64,000 bases of DNA from the human T2T-CHM13v2.0 reference genome, Homo sapiens. Where the stretch lies: NCBI RefSeq assembly GCF_009914755.1, contig NC_060947.1; one strand, given 5' to 3'. Numbering within the stretch: position 1 is the first letter of the stretch; each line of letters begins with the position of its first letter. The translations under genes were made by a program, and so were the position numbers. Positions 1-11,740 of the stretch are shown here, piece by piece. A model generated the notes under the pieces. It did no database searches. It was not told the DNA's origin and saw only the letters and a program-made list of their open reading frames with translations.

Positions 1-597
1 AAAATAATAAAATTAGGAGGTGGCCAATTTAGTGTGTGCAGCTCTTAGGAAGAGGAATAGAAGGGGCAAGTGAACACATCACATTCAACTGAAACATCCA
101 GGTATTCACATTGGGACTCATCAAGGAAACGATCCATGGAGAATGGAGAAAAGCAAGGCAGGACAACGGCCCACCAAGGAGTGACACAAGGGAACCTACC
201 CCACCCAGGAAAGTGGTGAGTGAATCTGCAACTCCAGGAACCCATGCTTCTCCCATAGATCTTTGCAACCCTTGGGTCAGGAGATCCCCTCGTGAACCCA
301 CTCTACCAGAATTTTCAGTCTGACACACAAAGCTACCTCGAGTCTCAACAGAGCAACTGCTGAGGCATGTGTGGAGAGTCGGGAGCCTTAGATACTTGGG
401 CTCTCTAGGCTTCCCAGCAAAAGCAGCTGCAACTCTGACAAAGTTGAAGGTTAGACCTCCGTACATACCCCTAGGAAAAAGGCTGAATGCAGGGGGTTGA
501 GCAGTGACAGTCTGCAGGCCCTACTTCCATGACATCTCACAGGATAAGACCTCATGGCTTGGAATTCTAGCCAGCCACCAGTAGCAGTGTTGCACAT

Positions 598-1930
598 CCC
601 TGGGATGGAGCTCCTAGGGGGTGGGGCAGACCGCCATCTTTGCTGTTTGGGCTACTTAGCCATTCCAGCTTTCAGACTTTGGAGAGTCCCCGATCCCATT
701 CCTCCTTATTGTTGGGTGGGACCTCCCAATCAGGGACTCTAGCCACCCCTGGCAGTGTTCTCCACCCAATAGAGATTTGAAGTCTCCCTGGGATATAGGT
801 CCCAGAGGGAGGGGCAGGCCACCATCTTTGCTGTTTGGTTGGCTTAGCCATTCCAGCCTTTGGGCTTTGGAAAGTCCAAGCCAACCGGGGGCAGAAGCGG
901 TACCCCAGCACAGCACAGCTGCTCTACAAAAACATGGCCAGACTGCCTTTTTAAGCAGGTCCCCTATCTCGTTCCTCATCACCAGTTGGGGCCTCCCAAC
1001 TGGGGTCTCCAGCTACCCCCACCAGTGTTCTCTGGCAAACAGAAGTTTCAAGACTCCTTAGGACAGAGCTCCCAGAGGGAGGGGCAGGCTGCCATCTTTG
1101 CTGTTTGGGCAACTTAGCTGTTCCAGCCTTCAGGCTTTGGAGAGTCCAGGCTGACCAGGGATGGAGGTGATCCCCCAGTATAGCACAGCTGCTTTTGAAA
1201 ATGTGGCCAGACTGCTTTATAAAGTGGGTCTCCAATCCTGTTTCTCTTTACTGGGCAGGACCTCCCAACCAGGGTCCCCAGCCACCCCCGCCAGTGATCT
1301 GTGGCTAACAGAGATTTGAAACCCACCTGGGACAGAGCTCTCGGAGAGGTGGGCCACCATCTTTGCTGTTTGGGTGACATCTATTCTGGCCTTCAGAATT
1401 TGGAAAATCCAATATGATCAGGGGCTGAGGCAGATCCCCAGCACAGCACAGGTACCCTACAAAAATGTGGCCAGACTGCTTTTTTAAGCAGATCCCAGTC
1501 CCATTCCTCATCACCGGCTGGGGCCTCCCAACCAGGGTCTGGATCCAGATACCCCTGCCAGTGTTCTCTGACTGACAGAGGTTTTAAACCTCCCTGAAGT
1601 GGAGCTCCCAAGGGAGGGGTGGGCCACCATATTTGCTGTTTTGGTAACTTAGCTATTCTGGCCTTAGTGCTTTGGAGTGTCTGAGGTGACTGGGGGCTGA
1701 AGCAGACCCCCAGCACAGCACAGCTGCTGTATGAAAACATGGCCAGACAACTTTTTTAAGTGGGTCCCCAATCCCGTTACTCCTCACTGGGCAGGACCTC
1801 CTAATCAGTTCTCTAGCCACATCCTACAGGTGTGTTTGGGCTGGTAACAGGTCTGTACCTCCCTGGAGAAGCTTCCAGTGGGAGGAGGAGACTGTCATCT
1901 TTGCCGTATCACAGCCTTCACTGGAGATAC
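598..1930 (+). repeat. Tandem array of ~268-bp units (about 6 copies, first shortened) in L1 5'UTR
   Basis: The motif ccatctttgctgtttgg recurs at ~634, 822, 1092, 1357, 1627 and (degenerate) 1895, each with shared flanks 'gggacagagctcccagaggga' and 'cagcacagcacagctgct...ggccagactgc'. Confidence 0.85.
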
Positions 1931-2889
1931 CTCTAGGTACTGGAATATCCAAGGTGCCTAGGGACTGGAGTGGGCCCCAAGCATACCGCAGCAGCCTTAC
2001 AGAAAAGTGGCCGGACTGTTATGTATGCCTGTTCTTATATCTCTTCACTGTGTAGGTCCTCCAGGCCTAGGCTTCCATCTACCCCCTGCTAGAGCAATCG
2101 AGCCGGTAGCAGCTCGGTAACTCCCTGGACAGAGTCTCCAGATGCAACTGAAAGCCTCTGTGGCACTGTCTTTACAATGGAACTGCCCTTGGTACCTTCA
2201 GACTAATGAAGCAACAACGACTGTCAGTGCTTTATTCACACCTCCAACACACTGTAGTCGACCCAAGGAAAGAAGGCTAGTCCCTCTCCTGTGGGTCCCA
2301 CACACCCCCGACTGCTTGTCACAGACAGGGAACCCCTGGCTTGGGCCCACAAAACAGACCCTCCATCCTGGGCTGATTGATCGCACTGAGTGATTGCTGA
2401 CCTGCCTGTCTCTGGGGTGGAGCCTCCAGGAGACAAGCAAAAGACCCTTGGCCACAACCACTACTAAGGTCCCTTCCTCTGATGTCTCCAAGTGGGGAAG
2501 AAACATAAACACTGAAATCACCCCAGAGGTGCAGTGGGCAGCCCAGGAGTGCCAAGTCCTGAACTACAGCCAGAACTCAAGTGAAGAGGAACCCACACAT
2601 TTAGAGCATTGAGAGGGACCACAGATGCAACTGCAAGGATACATAGGGGAGCCACACAACTGAGCAAGAATCTACCAACTGACCAATAAGTGCCACCTAC
2701 TGGATCACACGCCAAAGCTTCAACACCAAAAATAACTCACTAACATTTCCCCACCTGAAACCAGAGACCAGATGTTAGCTTCAAATAAAGATGCTGCACA
2801 AAGTCTCAGCCCAGTGAAAACATCCAGAAAAGAAGACTACTGACTGTGCTCAATCTACACTGCAGTTAAACAAACACATAATTGCAGAG

Positions 2890-3890
2890 ATGAGAAAGAA
2901 CCAAGAACTCTGGTAACTCAAATGGCCAGAGTTTCATGTATCCTCCTAACAACTGTACCAGTCCTCTAAAAAGAGTTCTTAACCAGGCTGAACTGACTAA
3001 AATGACAGAAATATAATTCAGAATCTGGATAGGAACAAAGATCATCAAGATTCAGGAGGATGGCAAAACCCAATACAGGGAAAATAAAATTCACAAGTGA
3101 TGCAGGAGCTGAAGGACAAAATAGCCAGTTTTTTAAAAAAGAGCCTAACAGGTCTGATGGAACTGAATAACACAATACAAGAATTTCACAATATAATCAC
3201 AAGTATTAGCAGCAGAATAAACCAAACTGATGAAAGAATCTTAAAACTTGAAGACTGGTTCTCTGAAATAAGACAATCAGACAAAAATAAAGAAAAAATG
3301 AATGAACAAAACCTCTGAGAAGTATGAGATTATGTAAAGAGGCAAAATCCACCAATTATTGGCGTCCCTGAAAGGGAGGGGGAGAAAGAAAACAACTTGG
3401 AAAATATATTTCAGGATATTGCCCATGAAAACTTCCCCAACCTTGCTAGAGAGGCCAACAGTCAAATTCAGGAAATACAGAGAACTCCTGCAAGATTATA
3501 CACAAAAAGATTATCCCCAAGATACGCAATCATCAGATTTTCCAAGGCTAAAATAAAAGAAAGAATGTTAAAGGCAGCTAGAGAGAAAGGGCAGGTCACC
3601 TACAAAGGGAGCACCATCAGGCTAACAGCAGATCTCTCAGCTGAAACCTTACATGCCAGAAGAGATTAGGGACCTATATTCAACATTCTTAAAGAAAAAA
3701 AATCAACCAAGAATTTCATATCAAGCCAAACTAAGCTTCCCAAGCAAAGGAGAAATAAGATTATTTTCGTATAAGTAAATGTGGAGGGAGGGAGTTCATT
3801 ACCACCAGACCTGCCTTACAAGAAATCTTGAGAGGAGCACTAAATATAGAAAGAAAAGACTTCTACCAGCTAATTCAAAAACAAACTTAA
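2890..3890 (+). pseudogene. L1 ORF1p remnant (frameshifted, stops)
   Basis: ATG at 2890 (atgagaaagaacc). Track ORFs 3097-3318 (coiled coil) and 3397-3669 (RRM-like: RLSPRYAIIRFSK...IRLTADLSAETL). End approximate. Confidence 0.85.
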
Positions 3891-3955
3891 ACACATAGGT
3901 GTCATTATAAAGCAACCACACAAACAAGCAAATATAATAACCAGCTAACAACACA

Positions 3956-6900
3956 ATGACAGGATCAAATCCACACATATCAATATTAACCTTGAATGTA
4001 AACAGGCCAAATGCCCCATTTGAAAGGCACAGAGTGGCAAGTTGGATTAAAATGCAAACTGTAAATACTCCACTGACAATACTAGGCAGATCATTGAGGC
4101 AGAAAATTAACAAATATATTCAGGACTTAAACTCAGTATTGGACCAAATGGATCTGATAGACCTCTACAGAATTTTCCACCCCAAAACAGTAATGGCATG
4201 CTGTCTTCAAGTGACCCATCTCACACAAAATGACACCCATGAGATCCAAACAAAGGGATGGAGGAAAATATACCAAGCAAATTGAGAACAAAAAAAGCAG
4301 GGGTTGCAATCATAATTTCATACAAACAAACTTCAAACCAACAATCAAAAAAAGACAAAGAAGGGCATTACATAATGGTGAAGGGTTCAGTCCAAAAGAA
4401 GATCTAACTAACCTAAATATATATGCACCTAACACAGAAGCACCCAGATTCATAAAGCAACTTCTTAGAGACCTACAATGTGACATATACTCCCACATGA
4501 TAATAGTGGGAGACATCAACACTCCACTGACAGTATTGGACATATTATTGAGGCAGAAAAGTAACATATATACAGTACCTAAACTCAATATTGGACCAAA
4601 TGGATCTGATAGACATCTACAGAACTCACCACATGGCACGTACTCTAAAATTGACCACATGATGGGACATAAAACAATCCTCAGCAAATGCAAAAGAACC
4701 AAGATCATACCAAACACACTCTCAGATCAGTGTGTGATCACTCTCAGATCATAAAAATAGAAGTCAAGACTAAGAAAATAATGCAATTACATGGAAATTA
4801 AACAATATGCTTCTGAATGACTTTGGGGTAAATAATGAAATTAAGGCAAAAATCAAGGAGTTCTTTGAAACTAATGAGAACAAAGATACAAAATACCAGA
4901 CTCTCTGGGACACAGGTAAGACTGTGTTAAGAGGGAAATTCATAGCACTAAATGCCCACATTAAAAAACTTTGAAAGATCTGCAATTAACAAGCTAACAT
5001 CACAACTGAAAGAATTAGAGAAGCAAGAAAAAATCAACCCCAAAGCTAACAGAAAATAAGAAATAACTAATTTTAGAGCTGAACTGAAGGACACTGAGAC
5101 ACACACAAAAAAAATTCATAATATCAATGAATCCAGGAGTTTTTTTTTTTTTTGAAAACATTAGAAAGAAAGGAGAGAAGGTTCAAACAAACACAATTAG
5201 AAAAGATGAAGGGATTCATCTGACCCAACACTATGACAAACTCACAGCCAACATTATACTGAATGGGCAAAAGCTGAAAATATTTCCCATGAAAACCGGC
5301 ATAAGACAAGAATGTCCTCTCTTACCACTCCTATTAAACACAGTATTGGAAATCCTAGCCAGAGCAATCAGGCAAGAGAAAGAAGTAAAGGGCATGCAAA
5401 TAGGAAGAAAGGAAGTCAAGTTGTCTCTGATTACAGACAACATGATTCTATGTCTAGAAAACCCCATAGTCTTGGCCCCAAAGCTCCTTCAGCTGATAAA
5501 CAACTTCAGCAAAGTTTCAGGATACAAAATCAGTGTACAAAAATCACTAGCATTTCTATATACCAAGAACAGTCATGCTGAGAGCCAAATCAGGAAGGCA
5601 ATCTCATTCACAATTTCCATTAAAAAAATAAAATATCTGGGAATAATGCTAACCAGGGAGGTGAAAGATCCCTACAATGATAATTACAAAACACTGCTCA
5701 AAGAAATCATAGAAGACACAAACAAATAGAAAAACATCCTATGCTCATGGATAGAAAAAATCAATGTCATTAATATGGCCATACTGCCCAAAGCAATTTA
5801 CAGATTTAATGCTATTCCTATCAAACTACTATTGACATTCTTCACATAACTAGAAGAAAATATTTTAAAATTCATGTGGAACATAAAAATATCCTGAATA
5901 GCTGAGAAAATCCTAAGCAAAAAGCACAAAGTTGGAGGCATCATGTTACCTGGCTTCAAACTATACTGCAGAGCTACAGTAAACAAAACAGCATGGTACT
6001 GATATGAAAACAGACATATAGACCAATCAAACGGAATAGAGAGCCCAGAAATAAGACTACACACCTACAACTATCTGATCTTCAACAAACCTGACAAAAA
6101 CAAGCAATAGGGAAAAGACTCCCTATTCAATAAGTGGTGCTTGGATAACTTACTAGCCATATGCAGAAGACTAAAGCTGAACCCCTTTCTTACACCATAT
6201 ATAAAAATCACCTCAAGGTGGATTAAAGGCTTAAATGTAAAACCAAAACTATTAAAACCCTGGAAGACAACCTAGGTAGTACCATCCTGGACATAGGAAC
6301 AAGCAAAGATTTTATGACAAAGACACCAAAAGCAATCTCAACAAAAGCAAGAATTGACAAGTGGAATCTAATTAAACTTAACAGCTTCTGCAGAGCAAAA
6401 GAAACTGTCAACAGAGTAAACAATCAACCTACAGAATGGAAGAAAATACTTGCAAACTATACATCTGACAAAGGTCTAATATTCAGCATCTACAAGGAAC
6501 TTAAATTTACAAGAGAAAAACAAACAACCCTATTAAAAGGTGGGCAACCCTATTAAAAAGTGAGCAAAAGAACAGACACTTTTCAAAATAAGATACACAT
6601 GCAACCAACAAACGTATAAAGAAAGCTCAACATCACCTATCACTGGAGAAATGCAAATCAAAACCACAATGAGATACCATCTCATACCAGTCAGAATGGC
6701 TACTACTAAAAAGTCAAAAAATAATGGATGCTGGCAAGGTTGCAGAGAAAAGGAAACACTTATACACTGTTGGTGGGAGTGTAAACTATTTCAACCATTG
6801 TGGAAAGCAGTATAGCGATTCCTCAAAGAGCTAAAAGCAGAACTATCATTTGACCCAGCAATCCCATTACTGGGTATATATCCAGAGGACTATAAATCAT

Positions 6901-7169
6901 TCTACCATAAAGACTTATGCACGCAAATATTTATTGCAGCACTGCTCACAATAGCAAAGACATGGAATCAATCTAAATGCCAATCAATGACAGATCAGAG
7001 AAATAAAATATGGCACATATACACCATGGGGTACTATGCAGCCATAAAAAAGAATGAGATCTTGTCTTTTGTGGGAATATGGATGGAGCTGGAGGCTATT
7101 ATCCTCAGCAAACTAATGCAGAAACAGAAAACCAAATACTACGTGTTCTCACTTATAAGTGGGAACTAA
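3956..7169 (+). pseudogene. L1 ORF2p remnant (endonuclease/RT), rearranged and internally deleted
   Basis: Endonuclease motifs LTLNVN, NIYAPN, GDIN, SKIDH; RT motifs [11 protein letters not shown] and ITDNMIL (degenerate FADD); C-terminal WHIYTMGYYAAIK; many stops and frameshifts. Confidence 0.9.
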
Positions 7170-7363
7170 ATGATGAGAACTTATTAACACACAAAAAAGG
7201 AAACAACAGACATTGCAGTCTACTTGAGGGTGGAGGGTGGGAGGAGGGAGACGAGCAGAATTCCTGGGTGATTAAATAATCTGTACAACAAATCCCCATG
7301 GTGTAATTTTACTTATGTAACAAACCCTTCTATGTGCCCCCAAACCTAAAATAAAAGCTTAAA

Positions 7364-8493
7364 GATTATATATAGCCAAAAAAGAATAAAATTGGACTCT
7401 TATCTTACACCATGCACAAATATCAACTCAAATAAATTAAAGACTCAAATGTAAGACACAGAACTATAAAACACCTAGAAGAAGACAGGGAAAGCCACTT
7501 AATACTGGATTTGGCAAGGATTTTATGAATATAACACCAAAATCACAGGACATAAAGCAAAAATAGACAAGTAGGAATACATCACATTTTCTGCACAGAA
7601 AAGGAAACAATCAACAGAGTGACATGGCAAATTATGAAATGTGAGAAAATATTTGCAAATTATATCTCAGATAAAGGGTTAATTTCCAAAATATATAAGG
7701 AATTCCTACAATTTTATGGCCAAAAACATAACCTATTGGAAAATGGGCAAAGTACTCAAGATTTTTCCAAAGGAGACATACAAATGGGAAATATATATAT
7801 ATGAAAAGTTGCTCAGTATCACTAGTCATCAGGAAAAAAAAACAAATGCAAATGACAATGAGGTATCATCTCACACCTGTTAGGATACCGAATATTAATT
7901 TAAAAAAGAGATAACAAGAGTTCCCAGCAATGTGGGGAAAGGGGAATTCTCATACACTATTGGTAGGAATGTAAATTAGTCAGGCATTATGGAAAACAGT
8001 ACGGAGGTTCCTCAAGAAATTAAAGATGGAACTACCATATAATCCAACAATCCCACTTCTGGGCACTTACTGGAAAGAACTGAAATCAGGATCTCAAAGA
8101 GATATCTGCACTTCCATATTCACTCTAGCATTATTCACGGTAGCCAACGTCCAGAAACACTAAAATATCCATTAACAAATGAGTAGCTAAAGAAAATGTG
8201 GTATATACATACAATGGAATATTACTCTGCCTTAAGGAAGTAATACTTTCATATGTGACAACATGAATGTACCAGAAGGACATTATGATAAGTGAAATAA
8301 ATCAGTCACAGAAGGACACATACTGCATGATTTCAGTTATATAAGGTAGATAAAGTAATCGAGCTCTAGAAACAGAGAGTAAAATGGTGATTGACAGGGG
8401 CTGAGTGGAGGAGGAAATGAGAAGTTGCTCTTCAATGAGTATAAACTTTCAGTTCCACAAGATGAATCAAGTTCTAGAAGTCTACTGTACAAC
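7364..8493 (+). mobile_element. Older L1 3' portion (L1MA9/L1MA10/L1MB1-like), truncated before tail
   Basis: ORF2 C-terminal sequence 'ggactcttatcttacaccat', 'aatcccacttctggg', 'gaaatcaggatctcaaagagatatctgcac'; 3'UTR 'gtataaactttcagtt...aagttctagaagtctactgtacaac'. Confidence 0.8.
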
Positions 8494-8494
8494 C

Positions 8495-10035
8495 TCATCA
8501 GCTACTGGGAGGCTACTGTGTATTTTTGGTGGTATTATGTTGCCTTAATTTTTCATGTTTCTTGTTGTATTATGTTGATGTGTGTGCATTTGAGGAAGTA
8601 GGGACTTATTACAGTCTTTTCAGAATTGCTTTGTCTGGGGAAAGCCCTTCACCAGTCAGCCCACCCAGAGATTTTGGGCAGCCTGTCTGACACCGTCTGA
8701 GGGTAAGCTTGTTGCTGGAGTCCTTGGGCAAGCTGTCTTTGTGCTTGGCTCTGCGGGGTTGGGTCTAAAGTCTGTATTCACTGGGGTGGACCTGTTGATT
8801 TGATTGGTGGAGATGGGCCTAAAGCCTAGGTCAACAGGGGCTTACCTGGTGCTAGGGCCAGTCTTGAGTATGAGTCTACAGGCGCTAGTTGTGTGCTGGG
8901 ATGGGCCTGACACTTGGGTCTACTGGGAAGGGCCTGCAGCCTAAGCCCATGGAAACTTGCCTGGTGCTGGGTTGGGCCTGGTGCCTGGAACCACTGGGTA
9001 AGGCCTGGAGCCTGAGTTCATGGGGATTGGTCTGCTGGAGCTTAGGACCCCAGGGCCTGGCCTAAAGCCTGGGGCCAGCCTGGTCCTGGGGCCAATGTGG
9101 TGCCTGGGTCCATGAAGCCTGGTTGGAGCCTAGGATCACAGGTGCTGGCCTGGTGCCTGGGGCCACTGGGGCTAGCCTGGACCTTGGGACCATGGGGACC
9201 TACCTAAAGCCTGTGTCTGGTGGTGTTGGCCTGTAGATTGGGTGTGCAGGTGCTGGTCTAGATGCTAGATTTTTGAGGGCTGGCCTGGGTCTTGGGGCAT
9301 TAGGAGCCAGTCTGGATCCTGGTACACAAGGGTAGTCCTGGAGCCTGTGTCCACGAGGGATGGTCCAGTGCTGGGGCCTACTGGGACAGGCATGGACCCT
9401 GAGTCTTCTGGTGCATGAGGCAACAGGAGCTAGCCTGGCATAGGCAGACCTAGAGACTGTATCCACAGGTGTCCGTCAGGTGTTCGAGGCCACGGGTGCC
9501 AATCTGGTGCTGGTGTGGTCCTGAAGCCTAAAGCTGGATGGGGCTGGCTTGGTGCCGGGTGGGCCTGAATCCTGTATCTGCAGAGGCTGGCCTGATGACT
9601 GGGCAGTCAGCTTGGTGATGTGTGCAGTCTGGAGTCTGGGGTCACCAAATCTGACATGGCTTTTGGCCAAACCTGGATCCTGATTCAATGGGGGTTGGCT
9701 TTGCACTAGGGCAGGACTGAAGCGCAGGGATGTTCTAGATCTGGGGCTATTTGGGGTTTTCCTGGTACTGGGGCAGGCCCAGAGACCAAGTCTTCCAAGC
9801 AGACCTAGAGCTTGGGGCTGTGCAATCTTGCCTGCACTGGAGCAAACTTGGAGGCTGTCGACTGGGTCCATCTTGGAGCCTCGGTCCATGGGTGCTAGCC
9901 TAATGACTAGGGTTGCAGGAGTCAGCCTGGTGCTGGCATAGGCCTGAAGTCTCTACCAGGAGAAGCCAGCCTGGTGCTGGGGGCAATCTGGAGCCTAATG
10001 ATGACAATCTTACTCCACTCAAGTGGAGATTTTTA
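8495..10035 (-). mobile_element. Old L1M (L1M1-L1M3-like) 5'UTR/ORF1-start fragment, reverse strand
   Basis: 'ttttcatgtttcttgttgtattatgttgatgtgtgtgcatttgaggaagtagggacttattacagtc...aaagcccttcaccagtcagcccacccagagatt' resembles a reversed L1M 5' end, followed by a GC-rich degenerate tandem tract. Confidence 0.6.
8740..10000. repeat. Degenerate G-rich minisatellite (~20-25 bp units)
   Basis: Recurrent 'gggcctggagcctgggtcca', 'ggcctggtgctggg' and 'gcctaaagcct' motifs over ~1.25 kb with strong G skew on the + strand. Confidence 0.75.
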
Positions 10036-10049
10036 TTTTTTTATTGTTT

Positions 10050-10526
10050 GCATTCCCTCTTTTTTATTTGTTTTGGTTGAAACATAATAATTGTACCTAT
10101 TTATGGGATATTGAATAATATTTTGATACACCTATACAATGTGTAATGATCAAATCATGGTAATTAGCATATCTATTACCTTTAACATTTATCATTTCTT
10201 TGTGTTGGAACATCCAAAATCTCCCTTCTGGCTTTTTGAAAATATACAATAAATTATTGCCAACCATATTCACCCTAAAGTGTAACAGAACACTAGATTT
10301 TATTCCTTCCATCTAGTGGTAATTTTGTATCCATTAACCAAACCCTCCCTTCCTAGTTTCTAATAACCAGAATTCTACTCTCTGCTTCTTTGAGATCAAT
10401 TTTTTTAGCTGCCACATATGAGTGAGAACATGGTGGTATTTATCCTTCTGTGTCTGTTTATTTCACTTAACATAATGTCTTCCATGCTCATTCATTTTGC
10501 CATGAATGACAGAATTTCCTTTTTAA
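10050..10526 (-). mobile_element. L1MA (MA5-7-like) 3' end, part 1 (host of nested L1s)
   Basis: 'acataataattgtacctatttatgggata...atacaatgtgtaatgatcaaatc' is a reversed L1MA 3'UTR; it continues collinearly at 20504. Confidence 0.85.
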
Positions 10527-11244
10527 AAAAATTTCTATTTTTTTAATCTCTTTTACTTTAAGTTCTGAGATACACGTGCAGAACGTGCAGGTTTGTTACA
10601 TAGGTATATATGTGCCATGGTGGTTTACTGCACCTATCAACCCATCACCTAGGTTTTAAGCCCAGCATGCATTAAATATTTGTCCTGATGCACACCCTCC
10701 CCTTGCCCCCACACTCCAACAGGCCCCGGTGTGTGTTATTCCCCTCCCTGTGTCCATGTGTTCTTATTGTTCAACTCCCACTTATGAGTGAGAACATGTG
10801 GTGTTTGGTTTTCTGTTCCTGTGTTAGTTTGCTGAGGATGATGTCTTCCAGCTTCATCCATGTCCCTGCAAAGGACATGATCTCATTCCTTTTTGTAATC
10901 CATAGTATATCATGGTGTATATGTACCACATTTTCTTTATCCAGTCTAGTATTAGTGGGCATTTGTGTTGGTTCCATATCTTTGCTATTGTGAATAGTGC
11001 TGCAATAAACATAAGTGTGCATGTATCTTTATAATAGAATGGTTTATATTCCTTTGGGTATATCCAGTAATGGGACTGCTGGGTCAAATGGTATTTCTGG
11101 TTCTAGATCCTTGAGGAATCACCACACTGTCTTCCACAATGGTTGAAATAGTTTATATTCTCACCAACAATGTAAAAGTGTTCCTATTCCTCCACAGCCT
11201 CACCAGCATCTGTTGTTTCTTGACTTTTTAATAATTGCCATTCT
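10527..11244 (-). mobile_element. L1PA8-10-like element, 3' end (part 1)
   Basis: 'ttttactttaagttctgagatacacgtgcagaacgtgcaggtttgttacatagg' is a reversed L1PA8-type 3'UTR; ORF2 C-terminal peptides on the minus strand (10771-11087). Confidence 0.9.
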
Positions 11245-11740
11245 CGCGAGGCTTGGGGAGGGGCGCCCACCATTGCTGAGTCCTGAGTAGGTAAACAAAG
11301 CTGCCTGGAGTCTTGAACTGGGTGGAGCCCACCGTAGCTCAAGGAGGCCTGCCTGTCTCTGTAGACTCCACCTCTGGGGGCAGGGCATAGCCAAACAAAA
11401 GGCAGCAGAAACCTCTGCAGACTTAATGTCCCTGTCTGACAGCTTGGAAGAGAGTAGTGGTTCTCCCAGCACAGAGCTGGAGATCTGAGAATGGACAGAC
11501 TGCCTCCTCAAGTGGGTACCTGACCCCCGAGTAGCCTAACTGGGAGGCACCCCCCAGTAGGGGCACACTGACACCTCACATGGCCAGGGTCTGGAGTGGA
11601 CCTCCAGCAAACTCCAACAGACCTGCAGCTGAGGGTCCTGACTGTTAGAAGGAAAACTAACAAACAGAAAGGACATCCACACCAAAAACCCATCTGTACA
11701 TCACCATCATCAAAGACCAAAGGTAGATAAAACCACAAAG

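Larger units (their letters stand above)
17..7363 (+). mobile_element. Near full-length decayed LINE-1, L1PA14/L1PREC2-like, with long tandem-repeat 5'UTR
   Basis: The 5'UTR runs to ~2889. ORF1 remnants are present (MENIFQDIAHENFPNLAREANSQIQEIQRTP). ORF2 starts MTGSNPHISILTLNVN at 3956 and ends FSLISGN at 7169. The 3'UTR reads 'gggtggagggtgggaggaggg...aacctaaaataaaagctt'. Possible diverged TSD: aaaataataaaattag (1-16) / aaaagaataaaattgg (7380-7395). Confidence 0.92.

Noticed and set aside
598-1930. Regularly spaced conserved motif suggesting a CRISPR-like repeat-spacer array
   Set aside because: The intervening sequences are homologous to each other (true tandem units), the context is primate L1, and there are no cas genes.
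29-2715. Many ORFs with repeated peptides (e.g. KQQRW, KKAVWP)
   Set aside because: They are translations of the L1 5'UTR tandem array in several frames on both strands, not a repeat-protein gene.
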